DNA of 59,153 nucleotides from Candidatus Thorarchaeota archaeon. Its GTDB lineage: Archaea; Asgardarchaeota; Thorarchaeia; Thorarchaeales; Thorarchaeaceae. Where the stretch lies: positions 1 to 59,153 of the forward strand of contig JAGSHN010000009.1 of NCBI GenBank assembly GCA_029855935.1, read 5' to 3'. A program made the translations under genes and the position numbers. Positions 1-10,444 of this stretch are shown here, one piece after another (positions within the stretch are counted from its first letter, which is position 1; every line of letters starts with the position of its first letter). Under the pieces are notes generated by a model that was not told the origin of the DNA, did no database searches, and was given only the letters and a program-made list of their open reading frames with translations.

Positions 1-30
1 ACCTGGTAGTCATTTCACTCTGGCTGATCT

Positions 31-670
31 ATGGAGATTGACCTATCAAGACAAGGACCTTGTCGCAGTTCTTGGACTGACTATCCGGAGTTCACCGTCC
101 GAGAGCGACTCGCCCTCCCTGAGCCGATCAAGATAGGAAGCTCTTCTCCGGGGACGAGCGTGTGGTCAGATGATACCACTCATCCAGAGGACCTGCCACA
201 CAGGTTCACCCTGCCTTAGTCCAGAATCAGGACAACACACAGAGGGTATCACACGTCTCCGCAGGAACCTCTCGGTACCATCACTGTATTTCTTCTCCAC
301 CCGACTACAGCCAAGGAATCCTCCCGGTCTGACATACTCTACCTACTGGCGAAGAGAGTCGGCCTTTCCGCGGATGGGGCGTCGTTCGACTCTGCGGTGC
401 AGTCCACACTTGCATAGTTGACTGAGAATGGTGCAAGATGACCCCCTGCTCTCCCTGAGGGCCACAGGAGAGAGGACTGGTTGAAGAACGTCCACTGCCA
501 CAAGAGGCCACTGGATGACTACCTCCCTGCTCTCAGCGATGAGGAGGCGGATTCTCCCTTCACTCTGGTTGGAGCGGTCTTTGAACTGGTCGTTCTCGCA
601 GACGAGTGTTTCCACCGTTCACAGGACTGCGAGATGCAATGCCGCACTCTGCAGGAGAGAGTTGACTACG
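31..670 (+). pseudogene. Possible degraded gene of unknown function
   Basis: Frame +1 reads as protein-like sequence from 31 to about 670, interrupted by in-frame TAG (217), TAG (415) and TGA (439). No family recognised. Confidence 0.25.
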
Positions 671-1357
671 GCGCTCGTCTTCTCTGCCACAACACAAGCG
701 CAATCATCACTGTCCCGATTCCGACTCCCCCAATAGCAACCCAGCCCAGATTCACTTGAGTGACGGAACTATTTGTTGTATTCGTGGTCGGAGGCTCTAC
801 TGTAGTCAAGGGGAAGGTCACATACACACGGATGCGATACTCGGCGGAGACCGACACTTCACCGTTGGTGTCATTTGAATAGAACCGAAGACTCCAGTTC
901 GTCGGTGTCTAGTGCCTTGGCGCGGAATCCACCGCAATAGCTGTTGTTTGTGACTTCCGGGGCTCCATATGCCGGACGGGGGGGGTTCATTGCCCTGCAT
1001 CCATGTGAAGGCCTCGCTGACAACGAGTCCGTCGGACCGCCGTTCACCCACGATCCATACAGTGTCAATTCCGTCCGGATCATAGACGTCCACTACTGCA
1101 ATGACCCCGTACCCGGTACAAATAGAGGCATCGAGATATTCTAGCTTGCCCGGAGTAAGAGCTATCCAAGTGCTATAGTCATACGAGTGGATAACACAGG
1201 TGACATTCTCAAAGACTGCCTCGTCACTTCCTGCCTGTTGATAGCTGCTCTTGGGTGAGAATCCATAGGGTGAGCGGTAAATGCCGAACCGAAACAAGCT
1301 GAGCGTCACAACTAGGAGCATGATCCCCAGAACCCTTGCTACTTCCGTAGGCCACAC
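666..1357 (-). pseudogene. Frameshifted secreted, membrane-anchored surface protein
   Basis: Signal peptide in ORF 818..1357, middle part in a second frame (PEVTNNSYCGGF), C-terminus in a third frame (NWSLRFYSNDTNG...Thr-rich...TM-QRRRAP). C8 run at 978-985 lies near the first shift. Confidence 0.6.
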
Positions 1358-1651
1358 TACTCTCTAGCACACTTCTCGTTGCCATCAGAGTATCTCCCGG
1401 TTGAACCTAGACTCCGCGGATCGTAGATAGTCTTTCGACCCTGGTATGGATGCTCGATAGGTCAGCCAGATAGAGCCGGACGGTAGACAGCCTATCAAAT
1501 GGATGAAGGACTCTTGCAGTATGGGAGCCATTTGCACAGGCAAGATCAAACGGGGTACTAGTCGGAAAACCGCCAACGACAGGGTGCCGGACAATGCTCG
1601 TGTCCGCGTACGAGGTTGCCATCCCGTTATTGAAGACGGAGTAGTCGACTT

Positions 1652-1695
1652 GGAAAAGAAAGTGGGAGAGGCGCGGCATCTAGAGTGCCACGCCT
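1652..1695 (-). terminator. Hairpin plus pyrimidine tract after the 823-aa gene
   Basis: Minus strand AGGCGTGGCA-ctctaga-TGCCGCGCCT followed by CTCCCACTTTCTTTTCC, just after the stop at 1711. Confidence 0.55.
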
Positions 1696-1710
1696 GTTCG
1701 CCAGATTGTG

Positions 1711-4182
1711 CTATCTGCGTCTCTTGACCAGCACGATGATTACGATGACGATGACGACCAGCCCTACGATGACATACAGGTACTGGTCTATCAACGCCTG
1801 CAGCCCACCTGGAAGGACGCCGCCCGTTCCGGTTGTCGTGCCAGTAGTTGTGGCCGCGAGCACCTCAATCTGGACCCACGTCTCATTCCACGTGCCGGGT
1901 AGGCTCTCCATATAGATTGACAGGTTGTACGTCCCTGCAGCACTTGGTGTCCACTCGTACGAGTAGGTGTCACCACTGGCTGTCATCGAGTAGTTGACGC
2001 CATCGATCTCAATCAGCACCTGATGTATCCCCAGTGGATGTGTGACGTCAAGGGAGATTGTCGTTGTCTCACCGACGTGTGGAGAGGCAGGCGATATCTC
2101 CGGAGTGGTGAACATTGGCGCAGGCACGATTGTGACATTGAAGCGTTCCACGCTCCAGTCACTCCAGAACCCGGCAGTGTCCCTAACCCGTACTCGCCAC
2201 CAGTAGGCTGTGTTGTTGTTGAGCGGAGTGCCACCGAACTCGATGGACTGTTCCCGGTGTTCGAAGTCAAGCCACATTGCGTAGGTGAGATTATCAGAAC
2301 CCTCGCTGTGAACACCATGACTGAATGTCACATTGAAATATCGTGAGCCACCAGCGTTCAAAGCGGTACGTAGGGTGAGCTCTCCCGAGAGAAGAGAGTC
2401 CCACTGAATGTCGATTATCAGAGAGCCGAGGCCCTGGTATTCGAATACTGGTTCAACATCGATCATGGCCGTCATTCCGGTGCTCCATACGGAGTAGGTC
2501 TCCTCATTCAGCACGGTGACAGGGGTCGCACCACCAAGGTTGGCCTCCGGGTCGTCACCCAGCGGACCCTCGTCCGCAGTCTCGACCATACGCACCCTGA
2601 AGTTCTCGAATGTGACATTGTCGCTTCTTCCGTCACTTCCAAAGTAGATGCGGTCGATGAAACCTCTCTGCGATATCATAGACTTGGGATACTTCACCTG
2701 AAATCGTCCCGGCTGAGCAGGGTCCGTGCCGAATGGGAAGAGATTGTGGCCTGTCGCGGATGACAAGACGGTGGTTGTGGAGAACTCAATCCTGAGGGAG
2801 TGGGTTCTGGCCTGGGCGTAGCTTGCTGTGGACTCGGTGTTGGCTCCGGCCCCCACCAGGCCAGCAGCATAGCAAGGAGTCGAAGTCTGGACATAGATTG
2901 GGAGCAGGTCGCCCGTGTTGCCAGTATGACGGATCTCAATCAGCAACGAGTAGTCAGTGCCGTACCAGAAAGTGTCAGCCACGTCGACCTCAATGACGCC
3001 ATCCTCCGATGTCAGGTTCAGGGTGTCCCTTGACAGCACGACCGTACGGTGCATCCCCATAAAGTTGCCCTCGAAGTCCGTCGTCAGTGCGTCGTCATAC
3101 GGGATGCTAGTGAAGGATATCTCGACGTCGTGCAACACGGCCGTACCCACTGTGTCAGAGTAGAAGTATAGCTTGTCTATTACGCCGGACTTGTCAATCT
3201 GTCCAGCGGGTATCTTGTACTGCCACCTGATCGGTTGCGTCGTCGCAAAGGGATGGAGGTTGTGGTGCGCCGTCCCGACAAATGTGGACCACGCCTCGTA
3301 CTGCAGGTCCGTTGCCCACAGAGGACACCCAAAATCCGGTGAGTCAAAGACCTGGACCGAGTACGCCGTCTGGCGATCGGTCGCATCGGCGTCGACCGTC
3401 GCCCATGAGAGCGTTGGAGTCGTGTCTTGAATATACTCTATCATAGGATTGGAAGAGGATCGTCCATCAACTTGTTGCCCCACAACGGCAGGAGTGTTGT
3501 AGGTCACTGCGAGGTAAGACTGGTTGAACTTGAAGTACTCTGTCTCGGTGAAATACTTCCAGGAATCGCCCGTTGCTGAGGCCTCATCGGTCAGTGCAAG
3601 GACGAGTGTGAGCACCTTGTCCGTGGTGACAGCAAGATTGAACGCCTCTGTGACATCGAACTCGTACCAGTTGCCCTTGACGAACATGTCAGGAGCCGCA
3701 GGACTATCAATGACATCCAGTGCGGGCGTGGTAAAGAGCGGTTGATTGTCCCACGTGATCGTGTCATCTCTCCACGAGTCGTTGGCGCAGTAGTGTACGC
3801 CGATTGGTAGGTCGTCATTCTCGTTGTACTCGTCGTTGAGGTGAACGTGAAGTGTGACCGAGACCTTCGACATATGTGCGTCGACACTGCTCAGATTGAA
3901 CATCAGCCAAGAACGGGCGGTCTTCCCAACAGCCTTGCCGACAAAGAGTCCCCCGCGGACAGTGTTGCCATCATAGTTCGTGAAGGGACTGCCAGAGCTG
4001 ACGGCCTCATCTTGGAGTACAGGGATGATAAGGTCGGCCTGCACCTGCTCAGCCGTGGCCGCACCGCTCCTCTCGGGAGAGTGTTGTGTCGTAGTCTGCT
4101 GTAGTGGCGCGTTGCTGATAGTCACCGTCAGTGGACTGACAATCAGAACTAGCAGGAGCATTATGCGTGCGATATTTCTCAT
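1711..4182 (-). CDS. Cell-surface protein: DNRLRE-like domain, split FN3-like domain with two inserted beta-sandwich repeats, Ig-like domain, Thr stalk, TM anchor
   Basis: 823 aa; signal peptide; QDEAVSSGSPFTNY...RSWLMFNLS...ITWDNQP...WYEFDVT (DNRLRE pattern); QTAYSVQV and YWWRVRVRD..WSDWS; C-terminal TM-KRRR. Confidence 0.8.
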   Translation of the reverse strand: MRNIARIMLLLVLIVSPLTVTISNAPLQQTTTQHSPERSGAATAEQVQADLIIPVLQDEAVSSGSPFTNYDGNTVRGGLFVGKAVGKTARSWLMFNLSSVDAHMSKVSVTLHVHLNDEYNENDDLPIGVHYCANDSWRDDTITWDNQPLFTTPALDVIDSPAAPDMFVKGNWYEFDVTEAFNLAVTTDKVLTLVLALTDEASATGDSWKYFTETEYFKFNQSYLAVTYNTPAVVGQQVDGRSSSNPMIEYIQDTTPTLSWATVDADATDRQTAYSVQVFDSPDFGCPLWATDLQYEAWSTFVGTAHHNLHPFATTQPIRWQYKIPAGQIDKSGVIDKLYFYSDTVGTAVLHDVEISFTSIPYDDALTTDFEGNFMGMHRTVVLSRDTLNLTSEDGVIEVDVADTFWYGTDYSLLIEIRHTGNTGDLLPIYVQTSTPCYAAGLVGAGANTESTASYAQARTHSLRIEFSTTTVLSSATGHNLFPFGTDPAQPGRFQVKYPKSMISQRGFIDRIYFGSDGRSDNVTFENFRVRMVETADEGPLGDDPEANLGGATPVTVLNEETYSVWSTGMTAMIDVEPVFEYQGLGSLIIDIQWDSLLSGELTLRTALNAGGSRYFNVTFSHGVHSEGSDNLTYAMWLDFEHREQSIEFGGTPLNNNTAYWWRVRVRDTAGFWSDWSVERFNVTIVPAPMFTTPEISPASPHVGETTTISLDVTHPLGIHQVLIEIDGVNYSMTASGDTYSYEWTPSAAGTYNLSIYMESLPGTWNETWVQIEVLAATTTGTTTGTGGVLPGGLQALIDQYLYVIVGLVVIVIVIIVLVKRRR

Positions 4183-4312
4183 CTCTCATCAACTCTCAAA
4201 GCAGGAATGGGGCGGCAAGTGGCTCTGTCCTTGCCTCAGGGTGGTGAATCCCTTCCCATTCCTAGCCTCTCAAGCTGCAGAGAGAGAAAAATGACTTTAA
4301 TTTTTCCGTGAC

Positions 4313-4687
4313 CTAGGGAAAAGGGGAAACTGGACTGATTGTATTGGCCAGTGTCCGCTCGTCCAGCTGAACACGTCCGTTGAACCGCCGGGTACGCATC
4401 GTTCCTGTGCCTGCCCGAGTCGGGGAAACCGCTGAGGAACTGAGAGCGAGAGAAACGGAGGCGAAGTTCTTGTCCGCTTGAGCTCCCGAGAGCACTGTCT
4501 CGTCCTGTAGTACGGGGACGATCAGGTCACCCTGAACTTGCTCGGAGGGCACGGTGCCAGTCCCGTCAAGAGCGCTCTGCGGAACGGTCTGCTCCCTCGG
4601 TTGGGCCAGCGGCATACCGCGGAGCGCAATAGTGGGGGGGCTTAGGACCAGCACCAGCAGAAGAATCAAGCGAGTAGTGTTCCTCAT
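4313..4687 (-). pseudogene. Truncated tandem paralog of the 823-aa gene (N-terminus only)
   Basis: MRNTTRLILLLVLVLSP...EQVQGDLIVPVLQDETVLSG aligns with MRNIARIMLLLVLIVSP...EQVQADLIIPVLQDEAVSSG; similarity is lost after about 75 aa. Confidence 0.7.
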
Positions 4688-4873
4688 CTCAATTCAACTC
4701 TTTAGAAAGAGAAGGGCCGGGATGCTTTCATTCTCCTGACCCTGAGTCTTGAGTATCCCCCTATTCTCCGGTGTATCAGCATACAGGCTATACGGGAGAA
4801 GACTAGTCTTTCCCGAAGAGAGTAGGAGGTTCTGCGGTACTGACCAGAGTAGAATCCCCCGGAGCAAGTCCGT

Positions 4874-5730
4874 TCAGTACTCGGTCCGTTCAACGCGGTC
4901 TGCGCTCTCAGTGAGGACTACAATCAGAAGAGCAGTAGTCCCGACTAGCACCATCCCGACTACTATCGACATACTTGGACTGATGACGAAGCTACCGACT
5001 ACCATCACCAACACCAGCACTGACGAGATGACGAACCTCCACACGGGATCTGTATCCGGCATCAGCCGCTCCGCTGGTGTGGGTTCGCCCTCCCAGAGCA
5101 TCTTCCAGTCTATGGCAAGGGCAGAACAGAACGCCCACAGGAACCGGACCACACTAGCGCGAAAGGCTCCGCCGACGATCATCACCAGAATTGGGTCAGC
5201 AACGCCTGTGGCGATCAGCGCCGACGTCTCCACGGTCGTGTACTCCACGAAAAGAAGGTAGCCTCCATAGACCGTGAAGAGGGCCTCTTCGTCAGGGTCC
5301 TTCGACCAACGCCTGAGATCCCGCACTCGTTCGAGCAGCGCAATGGTGAAGACGACGATGACGACTGTGCCAAGGCCGTAGAGGAAGACAAGCATCCTGA
5401 TGGCTACAGAGGCCGTGAAGATCATCGAGCCGACATCCTGCGCACTCAACAGGGAGGTCTGATGACCTGTGAAGGGCCCATTGCAGTCAAGACGATAGGC
5501 GCGATGTAGATGACAGTCCACGCAAGGACTGCCATCTGCGAGGCGCGCTCCAATGTATCAATCCAGGTACAAAAGAAGTTGAAGATACCAATCCCTCCAT
5601 AGAACGAGTACGCCTACATGATTGCTATTGCCACTCACAGAAGAATGCCAGTGAGGAGCAGAACCAGGTGAATGAGCATCACTGACACAATTCCTGCGAC
5701 AGACCCCACACCGCCCTTGGACTCAGTCTG
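4874..5730 (-). pseudogene. Decayed polytopic membrane protein; 3' part still open (4874..5521)
   Basis: Hydrophobic helices continue upstream of the ORF in another frame (GIVSVMLIHLVLLLTGILL*VAIAIM*AYSFYGG...), with in-frame TGA and TAG and a frameshift near 5450. Confidence 0.5.
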
Positions 5731-5885
5731 CCTCGGGGCCCCGCCCAAGAATCTTGTCTGCACGCCCACACACCCAGCTACTCACCCCAAGGAGCAGACC
5801 CACTGGTGTACTATTCCCCGCCAATCACAGGGCTGGCGGAAGGGGCCTCACATTCTGGCCGCGCGAAGACCATTGTGTACCACAA

Positions 5886-8486
5886 TCACTGTCGGGCCTC
5901 TTTGCTCACAGCACGATCTCCGACGACATTCTGTTGTTCTGCACGACCAAGGAGGACGCGGAAGATGGTACCCTTCACACCGTTTCTGCGATAGTTGTCC
6001 TCGACCGATATCTGGCCACCAGATACGTCGACGATGTCCCTCGCAACGTGAAGGCTCACACCACCGAACCTCCGGCCAACATCGAACAGTGTGGCCTTGC
6101 GCTTGTCTGATATGCCGGGGCCGTTGTCGGCGATAATGACCTCAAACCAGTCGCCGCGCTCAGTCAGCCTGACCCACACCCGTCGCTCGTCGGACGGGTT
6201 GTGAACGTACGCATTCTCAAGCAACGAGAGCCAGACATCAGAGAGGGACTCAAGCCCGTTCACCAATGCAGTGTCCACGTCAAACCGGACCTTGACAATG
6301 GCATCGGGATGTCGCTCACGGAAGGCAGCCAGCGCCTCCTCAAGCGAGGCCTTCAGGTTGACGACTTTGAGCTTCTCCCGCGTGATACCCCGGACCGACC
6401 CAACCTTCGAGACTATGGAGATACATCTCTCCACTCCGTCAAGAGCGACCTGCAGATGCTTGCGGGACTGCCCAATATCGGGTGCGTCCATCGCAAGCTC
6501 CGTCGCACCGAGAATGGCCTGAAGCTGGTTGGTCACGTCGTGCAGCAGAAGGTCGATGTACAGTTCCACTCTCTCGTTCGCCCTACGAAGACGGTCCTCA
6601 TACTCCCTTCGCACAGTGACATCGCGGATGACGAGAACAAGACCCGGTTCTGATCCCGGATAGGTCTTCTCGTCCGACTCGTTATGACCAATGGCCGAGA
6701 GGGTCACCTCTACCGGGGTCCGCTTACCATCGGGGCACACGAGGATGGTCTCGAAGGACGCAGGCTCGCCAAGTCCGTCACGCGCATAGCGTCTGACCCG
6801 CGACTCAAAGTCACCATCATCAGCGCCTCTGAAGACCGACATCAGCGGCATTCCCAACAGTTCATCTGCATTCTCGACACAGGCTATCCGCGCAGCAGAA
6901 TCATTCGCAAGCAGAATGGAACCGGATACGTCACAGACGACAATCCCCACAGGTGAAGCCATCACCACGCTCTCATATCGCGCCTCAGTCTGCGTCAGTC
7001 GCCGGACCAGTGTACTTGCATGGAGGGATACCGCGACCTCCCTCGCGATGGCCAGTACGACCTGCTCCTCGCGCGTCGAATACCCGCGCCCATTTGTTCT
7101 CGGACCGAGGACCAGCACTCCCACAAACTCGCGCCTGTCACCCATACTGGCCACAAGGCTCACAATCGCAGACACACCCGACCCAGCCTCTCCATCTCTT
7201 GGCTGCTCCATCGTGGTAGTCTCCCTGAGCTCTCCGACTATGGGTTGCGGGAGCTCTGGCGGCGAAGGGCCGCGCGCTGCATATCTCTCAAGCCGACCAT
7301 CGAGAGCGATGTACAGGCTGCAGGACTTGAGAGAGAGACCTTGCATCACAACATCGATGGTCGATGATGCGATCTGGGGAAGGTCCAGCATTGTCCGGAT
7401 TGCCATGAGGAACTCCTCGGCAGAACGCTCGAGCTGAACGGTCCCGGGCAAGAAGACGCGATTGAGGAATTCGGCAACGACCGTATATGCCCTCTGTGCG
7501 ACAACTCCTGCGGTCAGAGAGACCGTCAGGATGACGAACAACTGACCACCTAGGATTCCAATCGAATTGAGGTAGGTGATAGTGACTAGCGCAGCAAAGA
7601 GCATTCCCGCAAAGAAGAGTGAGAAGGCAATATATATCGTGGCCTTGGCCGCTATCGCTTCCAAGTCCCAGAGACGATACCGACTGACAGATATTGCCAG
7701 CGTAGCAGGAACGATGACAACCGCCGGGAGACGGAGAACCATGACGAGGACGAGGTCCGTAAAGACTTGGGCAGCATCGGGGCCGAGTTGAATGGCGGCA
7801 ATCCAACGACCGACGTTGACGCTCACGGTCATCGCAAGTACGGAGGCCATACCCACGATCAGCCATTTTGTCTGCTGTCTCTCAAGTACTCCATAGACAT
7901 ATCGCATCCTGTACAGCTGGACCAAGATCACGATTCCGAGGAAGACTAGGGACACCACAATCTCCAGCCCGGGTGCGAAGAACACAACAAGCGTGGCAAC
8001 GGCAGCCCACACGAAGAGCAACCACCGCGTCCATCGCGGGTTGAACTCCCACGTTGGAAAGACGAGCATAGTCGCAAAGAGAAACGTCCTTGCCAAGACG
8101 ATTGCCCCCATCGTGAACAGTGAAGCCGGCGGAGGGACAGGGACTCGCAACACTGAGGAAAAGGCGACTCCCGAGAGAACAATCGCTCCAGAAACGAGTA
8201 CACACATAGGATCGCTTCTTCGCTTGACGAAGAGGGCTACGCCTACGATCCCCAGTACCCCCGCTATGATAACATCGCGGAGCACTATCATCTTGACGTA
8301 CCCGTCAACGGAGACCCCCATCTGGTGAAGGATATCAAGGGTGTCCGACTGCAGTGCAAACGACAGCACGTGCTCACGATATGCGGGGACCACACTCCAG
8401 AAGACCGACTCGGAGAACAGAACTGCCACTGCCCACGCGACCTGGAGCAGCCTTGCAGATCTCTTTGCACTCTCAAGCGCTGACAT
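5886..8486 (-). CDS. Membrane sensor histidine kinase (multi-TM, GAF-like, PAS, HisKA, HATPase)
   Basis: H-box LLLHDVTNQLQ, N-box LLENAYVHN, G1 DNGPGIS, G2-like RRFGGVSL; PAS segment (PVGIVVCDVSGSILLANDSA...IRDVT). Confidence 0.9.
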   Translation of the reverse strand: MSALESAKRSARLLQVAWAVAVLFSESVFWSVVPAYREHVLSFALQSDTLDILHQMGVSVDGYVKMIVLRDVIIAGVLGIVGVALFVKRRSDPMCVLVSGAIVLSGVAFSSVLRVPVPPPASLFTMGAIVLARTFLFATMLVFPTWEFNPRWTRWLLFVWAAVATLVVFFAPGLEIVVSLVFLGIVILVQLYRMRYVYGVLERQQTKWLIVGMASVLAMTVSVNVGRWIAAIQLGPDAAQVFTDLVLVMVLRLPAVVIVPATLAISVSRYRLWDLEAIAAKATIYIAFSLFFAGMLFAALVTITYLNSIGILGGQLFVILTVSLTAGVVAQRAYTVVAEFLNRVFLPGTVQLERSAEEFLMAIRTMLDLPQIASSTIDVVMQGLSLKSCSLYIALDGRLERYAARGPSPPELPQPIVGELRETTTMEQPRDGEAGSGVSAIVSLVASMGDRREFVGVLVLGPRTNGRGYSTREEQVVLAIAREVAVSLHASTLVRRLTQTEARYESVVMASPVGIVVCDVSGSILLANDSAARIACVENADELLGMPLMSVFRGADDGDFESRVRRYARDGLGEPASFETILVCPDGKRTPVEVTLSAIGHNESDEKTYPGSEPGLVLVIRDVTVRREYEDRLRRANERVELYIDLLLHDVTNQLQAILGATELAMDAPDIGQSRKHLQVALDGVERCISIVSKVGSVRGITREKLKVVNLKASLEEALAAFRERHPDAIVKVRFDVDTALVNGLESLSDVWLSLLENAYVHNPSDERRVWVRLTERGDWFEVIIADNGPGISDKRKATLFDVGRRFGGVSLHVARDIVDVSGGQISVEDNYRRNGVKGTIFRVLLGRAEQQNVVGDRAVSKEARQ

Positions 8487-8908
8487 AGCTGGTAACCCTG
8501 CACCTTACTTGAGTGCGAGCTCGGAACGGCAAGTGAGATAAGCTATTCCATTGACGTAGTTCTGGGAGCGAACCTCTCCAGAGCCTGTGCGGCCGCAGCT
8601 CAGGCAACCGTATTGCCCCCTAGTCCTTGGCGCACTTGACCTCAGAATGCTGTTCCTGGCTCGTAGGATTTGGCTCTCTGTGTCGATACGAGAGAGAACC
8701 AGAAGTTCGTGGCCTTGTCTCCAGAGATTCTTGAGCAACCCTTGACCATTTTCAATGTGACGTCCGTCCACCATAGTAACTAGCACAGGAATCGCCACTC
8801 TCAGGCCTATGGCCAGTCGGTGGCATCCTGACCTCTCAGGCATCATCCGTGCCCGAACCTCGCATCGAAACGCTAATCAGTGGCCGTTCCGGACAGGTGA
8901 TGATTCCT

Positions 8909-9388
8909 ATGCCACAGGACGAGTTCAGTTCTGACAAGAAAATTCGAAAGATTGATGCTGACATCGCGTCTTTCGAGGGTGACCTCAGGGCGGCTGAAGA
9001 CGAACTGGCTGGCCTTGACGCCGAATACGACAGAAGGATAGAGGAGGCGCGCAGGCTCGCGAAGCAGAAGCGCGCTGAATATGAGGATCTCTGGCGTCGT
9101 GCCAAGGACGCCGAGAGGGAGTGGAAGAGGTCTGAGAAGGCCTATCACGAGCTGGAGAACAACAGGCTCAAACGGAAGAGGGAGCTGCAAAAGAAGATTG
9201 CAACGCTCAAGAAGAGGATCCGCAACGCCAAGAAGACGCGCGAGAAACGAGTCGCAGAGTTGAGGAAGGAGAAGGAGCGAGAGGTCCAGAAGGCAAAGAG
9301 ACAGAGAGAGAAGGAACTCGAGCGCCAGAAGGACAAGGAGCTCGCCCGGGTCGAGGAAGAGAAGAGGCGAGAGCTCGGACTCGAGTGA
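8909..9388 (+). CDS. E/K/R-rich coiled-coil or single-alpha-helix protein
   Basis: About 159 aa, almost entirely charged helical sequence; AGGTGA RBS-like motif before ATG 8909. Confidence 0.8.
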   Translation: MPQDEFSSDKKIRKIDADIASFEGDLRAAEDELAGLDAEYDRRIEEARRLAKQKRAEYEDLWRRAKDAEREWKRSEKAYHELENNRLKRKRELQKKIATLKKRIRNAKKTREKRVAELRKEKEREVQKAKRQREKELERQKDKELARVEEEKRRELGLE

Positions 9389-9539
9389 TCTGGCGCCTCC
9401 TCTGACCTGACCATCGCCAGTCGCTCACCCAGGCACAGGCCTTCGGTACAACTGGTGCTGTGCCCAGCTGAGCCGCATTCTTCCCACGCCGTAGTGTGCC
9501 CAGTACTCCCGTGAATGACGGCTCAGCCCGGACGCAGGC

Positions 9540-10172
9540 TCACAGACCCGCGACCGCGACTATTGCCGTCCTCACTGCAAAGACGTAGGTCAGATGCAAT
9601 ACAATGACGAGCAATGTTGTAACAATGAAGAGTAGGGCATTCTCTCTACTGTGGCCCCTCGCCATGACTCTCTGGAAGAAGAACAGGAAGAGGAACGCAG
9701 CGCCAGCCCAGCCGAATGGCACAAGTGCGGGCATCTCCCACATCACGAGGACCACGTTCGACGGCCAGACCCACCATTGAGTCTGAGGGGCACCAGCCGC
9801 GACCTCAACGGGGATGGAGAGAAGTCCCGTCACGATGGCGCTGAAGAGAGGACTACCCCACCAGCGCTCCTTGATGCCAGGTGCAAAGGCATCAAGGATA
9901 CGGTCGGAGATGACCCAGCTCGCGTAGAACGACGCTGACCAGCCGAATCCCATCATCAGCGGCGCACTGCCAATGTAGAGCGGGTGATCCGGATACGTGT
10001 AGAGAGTTCCCATCATCGAGACTATGTTCTCCCTGACGATGCCAAAGACAAACCCGCCGACGAAGAAGGCGACCGTGAACCAGATGTCCTGGTTCCTCCA
10101 GCTGTGGATGATGCACAGCAGACAGCCCAACATGACAGTCGCGGTCACAATCTCAGCGTACATCCCGCTCAC
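9540..10172 (-). CDS. DUF422 / CruF-like (carotenoid biosynthesis family) membrane protein
   Basis: Multi-TM; F.FGIVRE...G.LY.Y......G.APL.M.FGW pattern and later P....GW, typical of the family. Confidence 0.65.
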   Translation of the reverse strand: MSGMYAEIVTATVMLGCLLCIIHSWRNQDIWFTVAFFVGGFVFGIVRENIVSMMGTLYTYPDHPLYIGSAPLMMGFGWSASFYASWVISDRILDAFAPGIKERWWGSPLFSAIVTGLLSIPVEVAAGAPQTQWWVWPSNVVLVMWEMPALVPFGWAGAAFLFLFFFQRVMARGHSRENALLFIVTTLLVIVLHLTYVFAVRTAIVAVAGL

Positions 10173-10347
10173 CTCTCAGTCTCATCACAGCAGCTCCCCA
10201 GAGCAGCAGCACGAGAGATATTGGGAGAACTGTGACCGCCCTCAGGGGTTCGTTAATGATCAGGACGTCCACTCCCGCCATCGAGACTATGACCAGGAGT
10301 ATGGCCAAGACAGCTAGAAGGTCCTCTCTTGTGTCCAGTTGTATCAC
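10153..10347 (-). CDS. Small two-TM membrane protein
   Basis: 64 aa, two hydrophobic helices, GAGGTG start context, overlaps the start of the next gene. Confidence 0.55.
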   Translation of the reverse strand: MIQLDTREDLLAVLAILLVIVSMAGVDVLIINEPLRAVTVLPISLVLLLWGAAVMRLRGERDVR

Positions 10348-10444
10348 CTCGGGGAGGAGGCTACTCTCAGCTCAGCAGGGGGTCCCTCCACTTAACCATT
10401 CTTGTCTGCAGTGATAGGAGTCCGGAAACTCCATAGTCGGTGCG

